Positions 19,791 to 29,443 of a stretch of 64,000 bases of DNA are shown piece after piece. Position numbers and translations under genes: made by a program. Where the stretch lies: contig JBCCQY010000003.1 in the NCBI GenBank assembly GCA_039208735.1, positions 64,001 through 128,000 on the forward strand, written 5' to 3'. This DNA comes from Myxococcota bacterium (lineage in GTDB: Bacteria > Myxococcota_A > UBA796 > GCA-2862545). Numbering within the stretch: the stretch's first letter is position 1; the number at the start of each line of letters is the position of its first letter. Below the pieces are notes generated by a model that was not told the origin of the DNA, ran no database searches, and was given only the letters and a program-made list of their open reading frames with translations.

Positions 19791-20318
19791 GTGTCACCCA
19801 CCTACCGACTTTTCCGTTCTGTGATGGCACTCCTCGCGGGCCTCGGCCTACTGGTGTGGAGTGCTCAGGTCCCCCTTCCCTTCGTCGGTCCCGAGACCTC
19901 GTTGTTGAGCTTCGCTATGGTGCTGATTGCGCTGTTGGGCGGGGTTCGCTTGGCGACGGTGACCACGGCGGTCTACGTCGGACTGGTCTATGTCGGCCGA
20001 TTGCCCTGGCAGGGACTCGATCCGTCCGCGCTGCAGCTCCCCCAGGAACAGCAGCTGGGCTACCTCGGGGGGCTGGTCGCAGGGGCGTTTCTCACCGGAT
20101 TGTTGTACCGCCGAAACAGCTGGCTCGGCCTATCGTTCGCGGCATTCGTCGGGCACGTGGCGCTGTTTGGGGTGGGCGTGGCCGTATTGGCCCAGACCAT
20201 GGGGCCTACCTTCGCCATGGTCGGCGGTGCCTGGCCCTACGTTTTCGGCGCCGTCGTGAAGAGCGTGTTTGCCGCCCTGCTGGTGGCCATCTTCCGGCCC
20301 CCGTTCGACGACCCGTAG
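19791..20318 (+). CDS. bioY: biotin transporter BioY
   Basis: AQVPLPF, ALLGG, GYLGG, multi-TM, about 175 aa. Confidence 0.7.
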   Translation: MSPTYRLFRSVMALLAGLGLLVWSAQVPLPFVGPETSLLSFAMVLIALLGGVRLATVTTAVYVGLVYVGRLPWQGLDPSALQLPQEQQLGYLGGLVAGAFLTGLLYRRNSWLGLSFAAFVGHVALFGVGVAVLAQTMGPTFAMVGGAWPYVFGAVVKSVFAALLVAIFRPPFDDP

Positions 20319-20321
20319 TCA

Positions 20322-21149
20322 TCAGGCCGACGGTGGCGTCACGTAGGTGTGGAACTCTCCTCGCTCGCCGAACGCGTCGATTTCATCGGGCAGCGAGGCG
20401 ACGAACCGTGCGTCGTAGACCTGCCCCACCTCACCGTGCCCCCCCGGAGTGGCGGACAGGGTGATGTGAGCCTTAGACGACCACAATCGCGTCTTTAGCG
20501 CATCGTAGGGAACCTGCCAGAGGGGAAACGCCAGTTCGATCCCACGAGGTTCGGCCCAAGGGCCCAGCGTCTGCTCTCGGAACCCTCGAATCTCCTTGAG
20601 ATGAAGGTCCCCAAATGCCAGGCGGGCCACCGGCGTGACGCGGTTCACGGTGTCGAGCCCTTCGTAGACGACGTCCGCGTACGGTCGATCGGGGCGCAAG
20701 GGAACCATCAGGAGGTCCACGTCGAGCCAGCGTGCTTGGGCTTCGATGGCCTGACGGCTCACTTCTTGATGCGCCACGAGATCGTAGCGCGGATCGAAGG
20801 TGGTCAACCAAAGGACGGTGCGGCCGGCCTCTCGGAGCGCCAACCACGTGAGGTAGCTGTCTTTGCCGCCACTCCAGAACAGGACGTCGACGGGTCCGGT
20901 CGGTCGGGCTTGGGCTCGGACTCGAAAACTCGGCCCTTCCGCGAGCCGCCGCGACTCGGGGTTGGAGACGCCAATGTGCCCGAAGGGGCAGTGCCGGCAA
21001 CCGGATCCACAGCATCGGCCGCGGTCCGCGAGGGTGGTCGCGGTGAACACGTGGTAGCCCGTCGCAGGGTCAAGATAGGTCTTTTGTCCAGCTTCAACCG
21101 CAGCATCGTGCCGCCTCTGCGCTTTGGCCTCGATCATGTTGGCTCTCAC
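20322..21149 (-). CDS. DUF5522-like Cys/His domain fused to diphthine-ammonia ligase-like PP-loop ATPase
   Basis: YLDPATGYHVFT...RGRCCGSGCRHCP; WSGGKDS, FGDLHL, FPLW, GERGEFHT. Confidence 0.85.
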   Translation of the reverse strand: MRANMIEAKAQRRHDAAVEAGQKTYLDPATGYHVFTATTLADRGRCCGSGCRHCPFGHIGVSNPESRRLAEGPSFRVRAQARPTGPVDVLFWSGGKDSYLTWLALREAGRTVLWLTTFDPRYDLVAHQEVSRQAIEAQARWLDVDLLMVPLRPDRPYADVVYEGLDTVNRVTPVARLAFGDLHLKEIRGFREQTLGPWAEPRGIELAFPLWQVPYDALKTRLWSSKAHITLSATPGGHGEVGQVYDARFVASLPDEIDAFGERGEFHTYVTPPSA

Positions 21150-21247
21150 ATTGGAGTCAAGGTCCGTATCGCGAGGCTGCAGGTTTGCAGTGTGGAGCTG
21201 CAGTTTAGGCCTTCTTTGCGGTGGTAATGCACGCCTACGGAGGCGGC

Positions 21248-22078
21248 ATGCATCTCGAAAGCGAAGACGGCACGCAACTCGAAGCCACGCACTACCCCGG
21301 TCCTCAGGCTGGCTGGGTGTTCATCGGCAGCGCGACGGGTGTACCCCAGCGCTTCTACGCGCCCATGGCCCGCTGGCTCGTCGAGAACGTAGGCGTCAAC
21401 GTCCTGACGCTGGACTACCGGGGCGTGGGTGCCTCACGCCCCGAGACGCTGCGGGGCTACCCCGCTACCAAACGAGACTGGGCCCGCGATTTTGCGGCGG
21501 GGGTCGCGTATGCCGCCGAACGGGGACCCACGGTGGTGGTTGGCCACAGCTTTTGTGGCCACGCCTTTGGCATGACCACAGCCCATCGCAAGACCCGGGG
21601 CTGCTACGTGTTCGCTGGAGGGGCGGGGTGGCATGGGTGGATGCCCCGGGGCGAGGGACTTCGCGTCTGGGCGGCGTGGAACGTCCTCCTTCCTCCCTTG
21701 GTGAGCCTCTATGGCTACCTGCCCGCCCGACGGCTCGGCATGGGGGAGGACCTTCCGCGCGGGGTCTACAAGGATTGGCGTCGTTGGTGCAGCTATCCCA
21801 ACTACTTCTTCGACGACCCCTCTGCGGCAGACTTCACGGGGGAGTTCGAACAGGTTGAGGCACCCGTGGTCGCGGTGAACAGCGTAGACGATCGGTGGGC
21901 ACCGCCCCGAAGCGCCCAGGCGCTGTTCGCGCACTACCCCAATCACCGCTTAGTGACGGTCGACCCTTCCGCGCTGGGGGTAAAGGGCATTGGTCACCTG
22001 AACTATGTTCGGCCAAAATGCAAGGCGCTATGGTCAGATATGGGAAATTTCGTTCGTGAACGAATGGAATTGAAATGA
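21248..22078 (+). CDS. alpha/beta hydrolase
   Basis: ATGVPQRFY, DYRGVG, GHSFCG nucleophile elbow, DDRWAP, GHLNY. Confidence 0.88.
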   Translation: MHLESEDGTQLEATHYPGPQAGWVFIGSATGVPQRFYAPMARWLVENVGVNVLTLDYRGVGASRPETLRGYPATKRDWARDFAAGVAYAAERGPTVVVGHSFCGHAFGMTTAHRKTRGCYVFAGGAGWHGWMPRGEGLRVWAAWNVLLPPLVSLYGYLPARRLGMGEDLPRGVYKDWRRWCSYPNYFFDDPSAADFTGEFEQVEAPVVAVNSVDDRWAPPRSAQALFAHYPNHRLVTVDPSALGVKGIGHLNYVRPKCKALWSDMGNFVRERMELK

Positions 22079-22119
22079 TCTGAGGAGGAGGGCGTAGCCA
22101 ACCAAGACGGAGGTCTTCG

Positions 22120-22479
22120 TTGTCCTACTCTTTGACCCGCCCCGATACGCAGAGTCGCAACCTGGCTGTGATCGCGCATCTCGCTGCGTACAGCGGGCTC
22201 ATCTTGCCAGCGCTTGCGCCGATCATCATTCCCATCGTGGTGCTCGCGATCAAGCCTCATGACGAGTACGTGCGGGAACATGCGCTCGAATCGCTGAACC
22301 TCGAGATCACGCTGTGGCTTGCGATCGCGTTCTTTGGCCTGTTGAGCTTCTTGTTGATCGGGTTGCCGTTCTTGCTGGTGACGATTCTGTTCGGGCTCAT
22401 CGCCCCGATTCCCGCCGCCATCGCGGCGGCGACGGGTGAACCGCATCGATACTCGTTCATCATCCGGTTCTTCAACTAG
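22120..22479 (+). CDS. DUF4870 family membrane protein
   Basis: AVIAHL...YVREHALESLN...G..HRYSFIIRF; GGAGG RBS before TTG. Confidence 0.85.
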   Translation: MSYSLTRPDTQSRNLAVIAHLAAYSGLILPALAPIIIPIVVLAIKPHDEYVREHALESLNLEITLWLAIAFFGLLSFLLIGLPFLLVTILFGLIAPIPAAIAAATGEPHRYSFIIRFFN

Positions 22480-22526
22480 CGCTCGCCTCGCTCGGCGGTG
22501 GCTTCTCGTTCGTTACGAGAAGCACC

Positions 22527-24509
22527 ATGAACGGCGCGTGGTTGCACCCCAAACTAAATCCGACGCTGCGGGCGCTCATCAACGCAACGAGCGACGCCAT
22601 CATCGTCACCGACCTAAAGTTCACGATCTTGCGGTTCAATCGAGCCGCCGAGCGGCTGTACGGATGGCGCAAGGACGACGTCGAGGGCCGCATGATTGGG
22701 GAGGTGGTACCGACGACCTACCTCGACGCTGCCCCCGGCGATGTTCTGGAGTCCTTTTGGAAGGAAGGCGCGTGGTCAGGTGAGGTCATTCAGCGTACGC
22801 AAAGCGGCCAGGGTCGCTTCATCGCCTCTTCGGTGAACCTGGTTCGCGATGACGACGGAACGGCGGTGGGCGTCATCGCCATCAACCGTGACATTACGGA
22901 AGCCCGTCGTGCGCAGGCTGCGCGTGGTCTGATCCATCAGCTCGCGCGAAGCATGGTAACGGCACCGGTCGGACGCACCCGCGGTCGGGCCATCGAAGTG
23001 TTGTGCGCGGCACTGGGCAGCCGGAGCGGCCTGCTCGCGGTCGTTGACCATGCGGGCGACCTGTTGTGCTCGACCAACGAGCGCAAGACGTTTGTGTGGC
23101 CGCGTGTGTCGTGGTCGCGGGTGCTACCAGACCAGACCTCGATCATCGAGCTTCGCCAGGCCCCCCACCTTCCCCTGCCGGGGGTGGTGGCTGCGCTTGG
23201 TTCGGTGCTGGTTGGGCCCATTGGCGGCGGCCACGGTCGCCTCGGCTACCTCATACTGCAGCGACCGGCGGACTCTCCAGATTCGAGTGAAGGCCATCTG
23301 CTCGAGCTTCTAAACGAGGCGGCCGACCAGCTCGCACCGATTCTGCGGGCGCAACGCCAGCGAGACCAACAACGTCAAGAGCGTGCGGTGTTGGCAGATC
23401 GGGTGCGCCAGGGCCAGCGACTTGAGGCCGTAGGACGCCTGGCCGGCGGCATTGCGCACGATTTCAGCAACCTGCTCACCATCATCGCCAACCACGCGGA
23501 TCTTGGCTTGCGGCAAGAGGCGGCGGGCAAAACCCAGATGCATCTTGAGGCGATCAGTCGGGCCGCAGACCGTGCCATGGCGTTGACCTCCCAATTGGTG
23601 GCCTTCGGTCGCAAAGCGCCCGGCACGTTGGGCTGCCTCGATCTAGCGGCGGCGTTGCGGGAACTCGAACCGCTCATCCAACGGCTGATCGGCGAAGATA
23701 TCCTGGTCGATGCTTCGATTCTCGAAGAGTCGGTGTGGATTCACGGCCAACGCAGTCCCATGGACCAGATCATGCTCAATCTGGTGGTCAACGCACGGGA
23801 TGCCATGGAAGAAGGCGGGCGACTGACGATGATTCTGGATCGTCAACCGGCGCCAGCCCATGCGGGCCTCGCCCGTGCGGTTCGGCTTGCCGTGCGCGAC
23901 ACGGGGATCGGGATGGCGCCCGAAGTGACCGAACGAGTGTTTGAGCCCTTCTTCACTACCAAAGGACCTGCGCGCGGTTCGGGACTTGGGCTGTTTACGG
24001 TGTACGGCATCGTGCAGCAGCATCAAGGCCATATCGAAGTGGTGTCGACACCCGGAGAGGGAACCGTGTTTTCGGTCTGGTTCCCCGAGGTCGATGCGCC
24101 GCCGCAGGAGGAATTGCCCAAGACCCGCGCCCGGCCGCATCCCGCGGCGGGCCGCAGGGTGCTCCTCGTGGAAGATGAGGCGGATTTGCGGGAGGTGCTG
24201 GCCCAGGCCCTGGGGGAAGCCGGCTACCGTGTGATGGTGGCCTCGGGCCGAACTGAGGCCCTTTCCTACGTAGGCGAGTCATTCGATCTCGTCCTTACCG
24301 ACGTCGTCATGCCCGATGGCTCAGGGGCGGAGGTGGTTGGGGCGTTTCAAGCCAGGCAGCCCGAGGTGCGAACCCTATTCATGTCGGGTCATGCCGGCGA
24401 TGCGATCGAACGGTACGGCCTCGATCCAGCCATTCCTCGCATCGACAAACCGTTTCGCGTCGATGATGTCATCGAGATGGTGGAGTGGATTCTTGGCAAC
24501 CCGCCCTGA
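22527..24509 (+). CDS. PAS hybrid sensor histidine kinase/response regulator
   Basis: [40 protein letters not shown]-terminal receiver. Confidence 0.95.
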   Translation: MNGAWLHPKLNPTLRALINATSDAIIVTDLKFTILRFNRAAERLYGWRKDDVEGRMIGEVVPTTYLDAAPGDVLESFWKEGAWSGEVIQRTQSGQGRFIASSVNLVRDDDGTAVGVIAINRDITEARRAQAARGLIHQLARSMVTAPVGRTRGRAIEVLCAALGSRSGLLAVVDHAGDLLCSTNERKTFVWPRVSWSRVLPDQTSIIELRQAPHLPLPGVVAALGSVLVGPIGGGHGRLGYLILQRPADSPDSSEGHLLELLNEAADQLAPILRAQRQRDQQRQERAVLADRVRQGQRLEAVGRLAGGIAHDFSNLLTIIANHADLGLRQEAAGKTQMHLEAISRAADRAMALTSQLVAFGRKAPGTLGCLDLAAALRELEPLIQRLIGEDILVDASILEESVWIHGQRSPMDQIMLNLVVNARDAMEEGGRLTMILDRQPAPAHAGLARAVRLAVRDTGIGMAPEVTERVFEPFFTTKGPARGSGLGLFTVYGIVQQHQGHIEVVSTPGEGTVFSVWFPEVDAPPQEELPKTRARPHPAAGRRVLLVEDEADLREVLAQALGEAGYRVMVASGRTEALSYVGESFDLVLTDVVMPDGSGAEVVGAFQARQPEVRTLFMSGHAGDAIERYGLDPAIPRIDKPFRVDDVIEMVEWILGNPP

Positions 24510-24565
24510 CGTCTGGCTTGAGGAGGCTTGACCGGGTAATTCGCCTGCCTGCGGAGGAGGATGCC

Positions 24566-24943
24566 ATGTGGGGGATGCGTTGGGGCCTGATGGCTTTGGT
24601 CGTGGGGTGTGGACGACTCGATGGCGAATCGTGGCCTGCGCAAGCCGCAGATGCCACCTGCGATTTCAGCCGCAGCTGTGCCGAAGCCAACTTCTTCACG
24701 CAGTACGACAACATCAATGATTGCCGGGCTGATAACGAGGCGTCGTTGCAGGCTGAGGCCGACGACAACGCGGACTGCGAGTTCAATCAGACAGCAGCGA
24801 GGGCGTGCATCGATGCGCTGAAGGGTTCGTGTCGAACGGCCGGTGAGGAAGCTAAGACCCTGTTTGAACCTTGTCAGATCGTTTGGGACTGTGCCGACGT
24901 CCGCCGGCCCCTTGACCGCGACACGACCGACAGCGGCATCTGA
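24566..24943 (+). CDS. Cys-rich lipoprotein
   Basis: GGAGGAGG RBS, VVGC lipobox, multiple Cys. Confidence 0.75.
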   Translation: MWGMRWGLMALVVGCGRLDGESWPAQAADATCDFSRSCAEANFFTQYDNINDCRADNEASLQAEADDNADCEFNQTAARACIDALKGSCRTAGEEAKTLFEPCQIVWDCADVRRPLDRDTTDSGI

Positions 24944-24986
24944 CAAGGCGAGAGATCGTTCGGAGAGAGGATGGTACGGGACGAGC

Positions 24987-26189
24987 GTGCAACACGTCCT
25001 GATTCTCCTCACCCTGTGGCTCACGCTCTTTACGCAGTCGAGCCAGTTTCTCATCGTTGCGCCGGTTCTACCTCGAATCGGTGAACAGCTGCACGTCGCC
25101 CCGGAGTACCTGGGCTTGCTCGTGACCGGCTATGCCGTGGGCACGGCCATCTTCGCGACGATTGCAGGTCCGATCTCAGACCATGTGGGCCGTCGGGTGA
25201 TCCTTCGCGTGGGAACCCTCGCCATGGGCGTCGTGCTGATGCTTCACGGACTGGCGGCCGATTTCGTTTCGTTACTTGTGTTGCGCTGTATGGCGGGCGC
25301 AGCGTCGGGCATCCTCGCGGGCGCGGCGGTGGCCTACGTAGGCGATGTCGTGCCCTACGAGCGTCGAGGTGCGGCGATGGGCGTTGTGATGTCCGCGATG
25401 GCGTTTGGCCAGATCCTGGGGATTCCGATCGGCACGTTGCTGGCGGGTAGTTTTGGTTTCCAGTCCGCGTTCATCAGCTTCGGGTTTGTGATGGCGGCTG
25501 CCTTTGTCCTGACCATGGTGGCGCTGCCCGACGTAGACATGGGAGACGTCGGACCCCTCGGAATCCGCGAAGCGGTCCAGAGCTACACCTCGTTGTTGTC
25601 ACGGGCCGACATCCGGGCTGTAGCCGCCGCCGCGGTCCTCATGATGCTGTCGGTGTCGAGCTTCATCGTTTACCAACCGACCTGGCTCGAAGAGTCCTTT
25701 GGGGCCAGCCCCAATGCTGTAGCGAGCTTGTTCTTGGTCGGCGGCATTGCGAACGCGCTGTTCGGCCCCCTCGCCGGAAGGCTGTCGGATCGCATCGGGC
25801 GGAAGGGGTTGGTGGTTGGAGGCAGCGTCGCCCTGGCCATTCTGATGATGATCACGCCATTCGTGCCGAATTTCGTGCTCATCTACGGATTGTTCTTCGT
25901 GGTCATGGGCACCGTGGCCCTGCGGATGAGCCCTTACAATGCGCTTCTCACCGCGATGGTCGACCAACACCATCGAGGCTCGTTGATGAGCTTGTCCATG
26001 GCGTTCAGCCAAGTGGGCTTCGCCCTGGGTGCCGCCGTCGCGGGCTGGACCTACGTCGAGTTCGGCTACACGGGCAACGCCATTGCCGCGGGTCTTGGGG
26101 CTCTTGGGGTGGGCGCGATCATTGGTCGGTGGGTCATCGAACCCACCGCCGACGCCGACCATCCGCACGTAACCGACGCTGCCGCGTAG
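24987..26189 (+). CDS. MFS transporter
   Basis: GPISDHVGRR and GRLSDRIGRK motif A, about 12 TM. Confidence 0.92.
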   Translation: MQHVLILLTLWLTLFTQSSQFLIVAPVLPRIGEQLHVAPEYLGLLVTGYAVGTAIFATIAGPISDHVGRRVILRVGTLAMGVVLMLHGLAADFVSLLVLRCMAGAASGILAGAAVAYVGDVVPYERRGAAMGVVMSAMAFGQILGIPIGTLLAGSFGFQSAFISFGFVMAAAFVLTMVALPDVDMGDVGPLGIREAVQSYTSLLSRADIRAVAAAAVLMMLSVSSFIVYQPTWLEESFGASPNAVASLFLVGGIANALFGPLAGRLSDRIGRKGLVVGGSVALAILMMITPFVPNFVLIYGLFFVVMGTVALRMSPYNALLTAMVDQHHRGSLMSLSMAFSQVGFALGAAVAGWTYVEFGYTGNAIAAGLGALGVGAIIGRWVIEPTADADHPHVTDAAA

Positions 26190-26207
26190 AGCGTCAGCGC
26201 CGAGTCA

Positions 26208-26462
26208 TCAGGTGCCGAACGCGACTTGCAGGACGAGCTGGAAGATCTCTTGGGCTTCTTGCAGCCGCCCAAGGTCGACCAGGGTCCGCGCGTAGGCCAA
26301 GGCCTCGAGGGCGGACAAGTCGCCTTCGATGAGGTTGACCACAAGGTCTCGGGAAGGAGCCACCGAGCGGATCAGGTTCAAGCAGGCCTCTTCGTCGACC
26401 TGCATCACATCCCACAACGTCTGAAACCAGAGATTGACGTCCATATGGTCTATGTAGTCCAA
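26208..26462 (-). CDS. small helical hypothetical protein
   Basis: fills the gap between genes; C-terminal TPR-like helix pair (ARTLVDLGRLQEA). Confidence 0.5.
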   Translation of the reverse strand: MDYIDHMDVNLWFQTLWDVMQVDEEACLNLIRSVAPSRDLVVNLIEGDLSALEALAYARTLVDLGRLQEAQEIFQLVLQVAFGT

Positions 26463-26548
26463 TTCTGACCCGCCGGCCGAAATTGTTTGTCACCCGCTCG
26501 ATTGGTGTGTGGCGCGCTACGAGGAACGGACGTGAAGGAGAGCGCATC

Positions 26549-27142
26549 GTGGGTGGATCCGTTTGTGAACAACGCGCCCGTTCGCTGGTGACGGCTTTGC
26601 ATCGAGAGCTCCGGGATCTCGGCTTTCGCAAGCGGGGGTCCTGGCTGCGCGCCGTGCATCCGGCGGAGCCGCTCGGAGTGGCGCAGGTTCTGGGGGTTCA
26701 GCTCACGCAAGGCAGCCAGAAGAAGGATTGCCGCGGCTACATCAACGTTGGGGCGGGTTTGCTGGGGCTTCCGGAGCATTCGTTGGATTCGGAACGGCTT
26801 CGACCACAGGACTGTCTTCTCGCCGAACGCATCGGTGAGCACTGGGATCTCGATGATGATCTCGATGATCTCGCGGCAGAGGTGGGCGAGCAGGCTCAAG
26901 CCTGGTTCGAGGCACGCATCGAGGCAGACGCGTTGCTCGCTCCCTTCGCCGATCGCGACCCATCCACCGTTCGAGCGTGGTTGGGGCAGGTCGAACCCGT
27001 GGTTGCGGCCTGGGTCTCGAGAGGACAAACCGATGCGGCGCGGGAGCTGTTGCTCGCGAAACGGGCGGTCCTCGAGCAACGCTCGGGTGACGCCGTTGAA
27101 CGGCTCGATGCCTTTGGAAAAGCCCTCGGCCTATTGGCGTAA
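26549..27142 (+). CDS. hypothetical protein (DUF4304-like)
   Basis: LRDLGFRKRG..., INVG; GAAGGAG RBS. Confidence 0.6.
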   Translation: MGGSVCEQRARSLVTALHRELRDLGFRKRGSWLRAVHPAEPLGVAQVLGVQLTQGSQKKDCRGYINVGAGLLGLPEHSLDSERLRPQDCLLAERIGEHWDLDDDLDDLAAEVGEQAQAWFEARIEADALLAPFADRDPSTVRAWLGQVEPVVAAWVSRGQTDAARELLLAKRAVLEQRSGDAVERLDAFGKALGLLA

Positions 27143-27154
27143 AGGAGCACGGGC

Positions 27155-28399
27155 ATGCTGGTTTGGTGGGTTGCCTTTGCGTGCACCCCGTCCGACGACG
27201 GTCCCCGACGGGTCGACGTTGCCGCGTTTTGTGAGAAGGAGCCTCTGGCCGGTGTTTGCGGGGGAGTCGGCGTCCCGGGGCTTGCCGTGGGCAGCGACCG
27301 CCAAGGTGAGCACATCGTAGCCCACAGCCGCGCCACGCTGGTCGAAAAACGTCGGGTGTACGAGGAACGCGTCGCGGCCTGGGGGGGCCTCGAACGCGCC
27401 CCGGACCTGGTGGAGGACCCGACGCCCGATGGCTTGGCCGACACCGAGGGGACGTTGTCGCTCCACACCTGTGGCGATCCCCCAGCCGACACGGTCCCCG
27501 ACGGTCTTGGAGGCTGCAAGATGGTGTTTGGGACCGACTCGCGGCGCATCGTCGACAAGGATCAGACCTACCCGAACAACAAGTTCGTGACGTTCACCAT
27601 GGGGTTTGGGCCAGGCGATGATGCTCCACTCAACGTGTGTTCGGGCACCTTCATCGATTCCGATCATGTGCTGACCGCTGCCCACTGCACCTACGACACG
27701 CGGGATGACACCTGGCAGTGGGCGAGTCGTGGCGACATCAATCCCGGCGACGTGCGGACCACACTCGGGGTGGATGAGGGAATGGGCTACGTCTGCCGGG
27801 CCGGCTGGATTGACGATGCGGCGACGTTCCAGGACCGATGCGAGTTTGTGGACGTGCGGTGGGTGCCTGACGAATACATCGCGGCGAGTGACGATCGGAC
27901 GTTACGGGCGGTGAAGCAGGACTACGCCATTCTTAGAGTCCGTCGGGACCACCACCCGCGAGGCCTTGGAGCGGGCGCGTGGATGGCCATTTCGGCCATT
28001 CGAGCCGGCAATCGCTACCAGAAGCGCGAGGCGGTAGTGCATGCCTACCCGGGGGTGCATCCGCCGGGCCGATCTTGGAACTGGGACGCCCGGTCTTTCA
28101 CCAATCAGGGTGAGATGTGGGAGGTCTGGGGAGCCCGTCAGTATCGGGCTACGGGGCCGATTGCTCGAGCCACCACCCGCAACGTCCTTCGCAGCAAGTA
28201 TGATTGTAGTGCCGGGATGTCGGGAGCCGCGGTGTTCTACTACATCAATGACGCAACGGAGTACGCTGGGCAGGCCCATTACATCCTTGGTGTGCACGCC
28301 GCGGATGAGGTCGATAATGACGGGTCAACCGGTGATGACCACTGCGTTGGACCCACCGCCCGGCAATTTCGCGATTGGGCCATCGGCATCCTGCCATGA
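27155..28399 (+). CDS. trypsin-like (V8-type) serine protease, probable lipoprotein
   Basis: CSGTFI..HVLTAAHC, DYA, GMSGA triad; AFAC lipobox. Confidence 0.88.
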   Translation: MLVWWVAFACTPSDDGPRRVDVAAFCEKEPLAGVCGGVGVPGLAVGSDRQGEHIVAHSRATLVEKRRVYEERVAAWGGLERAPDLVEDPTPDGLADTEGTLSLHTCGDPPADTVPDGLGGCKMVFGTDSRRIVDKDQTYPNNKFVTFTMGFGPGDDAPLNVCSGTFIDSDHVLTAAHCTYDTRDDTWQWASRGDINPGDVRTTLGVDEGMGYVCRAGWIDDAATFQDRCEFVDVRWVPDEYIAASDDRTLRAVKQDYAILRVRRDHHPRGLGAGAWMAISAIRAGNRYQKREAVVHAYPGVHPPGRSWNWDARSFTNQGEMWEVWGARQYRATGPIARATTRNVLRSKYDCSAGMSGAAVFYYINDATEYAGQAHYILGVHAADEVDNDGSTGDDHCVGPTARQFRDWAIGILP

Positions 28400-29028
28400 G
28401 GAACTCGACCATGCTGCGCCTGCTGCCTCTTGTCGTTGTCGCTGTGGGTTGTGACGGTTCGCAGATCGATCTCACGCCACTGGTGTTTGGCGACCTTTGC
28501 GAAGACGCGACGTTTGCCCCTGTGACGTCGGATGCGCTGGAGCCCGAGACGCGGGCCCAACTTGACGAGCTGCTCGCCGCGCAGGGCGAGGTGGCCGATG
28601 ACGTGCTGTGGAGCGACGATCTGGCCGACACCATCGCGTTTGCGCTGGCCGTCGAAGAAGGCACGCTAGTGCAGCGCACGGGACCGAACGATTTCTGCCC
28701 TGAAGCGGTGTTTACCACTGTGAACTACACGGTCACGACCGAGTCGGGCCGGCTCGACCTTGCCGCGTCGGGCTCTGTCGATCTCGAGAATGCGTTTCGA
28801 AACGGGGAGCTGCAGCTCAACCACGCATTGGCCTTTGAGGAGTCGGCCCCGATTCGCACCGACCTGGCGCTTGATGAGTGGCAAGATGTCTGGATGAACC
28901 TCGGGTCCCGCGACAAGCAGCTCACCAATGTTGAGGTTGCCTACAGCACGTCGCAGACATCCACACTGTGCCGACGGGCGGCCGTGTTGGCGAGCAAGTC
29001 GGCCTCGCTCGACGCCAACTGCGACTAA
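28396..29028 (+). CDS. lipoprotein, unknown function
   Basis: AVGC lipobox; ATGA overlap with the protease gene. Confidence 0.7.
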   Translation: MRNSTMLRLLPLVVVAVGCDGSQIDLTPLVFGDLCEDATFAPVTSDALEPETRAQLDELLAAQGEVADDVLWSDDLADTIAFALAVEEGTLVQRTGPNDFCPEAVFTTVNYTVTTESGRLDLAASGSVDLENAFRNGELQLNHALAFEESAPIRTDLALDEWQDVWMNLGSRDKQLTNVEVAYSTSQTSTLCRRAAVLASKSASLDANCD

Positions 29029-29336
29029 AGCAGCGCGAAGAATCCAAGCCCTAGCGTCACTACGAGCGTGGCCGCTCCGAGCCCCATGGCCAACAGCGCC
29101 CGCATGAAACGAGGGGTCGGCGGCTCGTGTTCGGCCCGCAGGGCATCGGCTGCGGTTTGGAACCAGCGGATGGTCAAACAGGCGCCCACACCGGTTTCGG
29201 CGAGGGCCACGGCCGCGAGGGCACCGAATGGGCTGCTGACCAACGAGAAGGGATAGGCCACAGCTCCGAATGCGAGCGTGGCCGTCGCGAGCGGCTGCAA
29301 GGCTTGCCAGGGGTCGTCGATCTGTGGCGCAACCAT
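29025..29336 (-). CDS. small membrane protein
   Basis: three hydrophobic segments, GAGGGG RBS. Confidence 0.55.
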   Translation of the reverse strand: MVAPQIDDPWQALQPLATATLAFGAVAYPFSLVSSPFGALAAVALAETGVGACLTIRWFQTAADALRAEHEPPTPRFMRALLAMGLGAATLVVTLGLGFFALL

Positions 29337-29443
29337 CGGTTCCCCTCGGTTGAGGATGAGGCTACGTCGCGAGTCGTCGCGCTATTGCGGCTTGGGTGCG
29401 CCTGCCCGGGCGACAAGCCGCACTCGGGCGACTAGGGGGCCGT

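Noticed and set aside
18728..20464. Long alternative-frame ORFs (also 1515-3203, 1925-3025, 49804-50910 and similar)
   Set aside because: Arg/Pro/Gly-rich shadow frames of real genes in high-GC DNA
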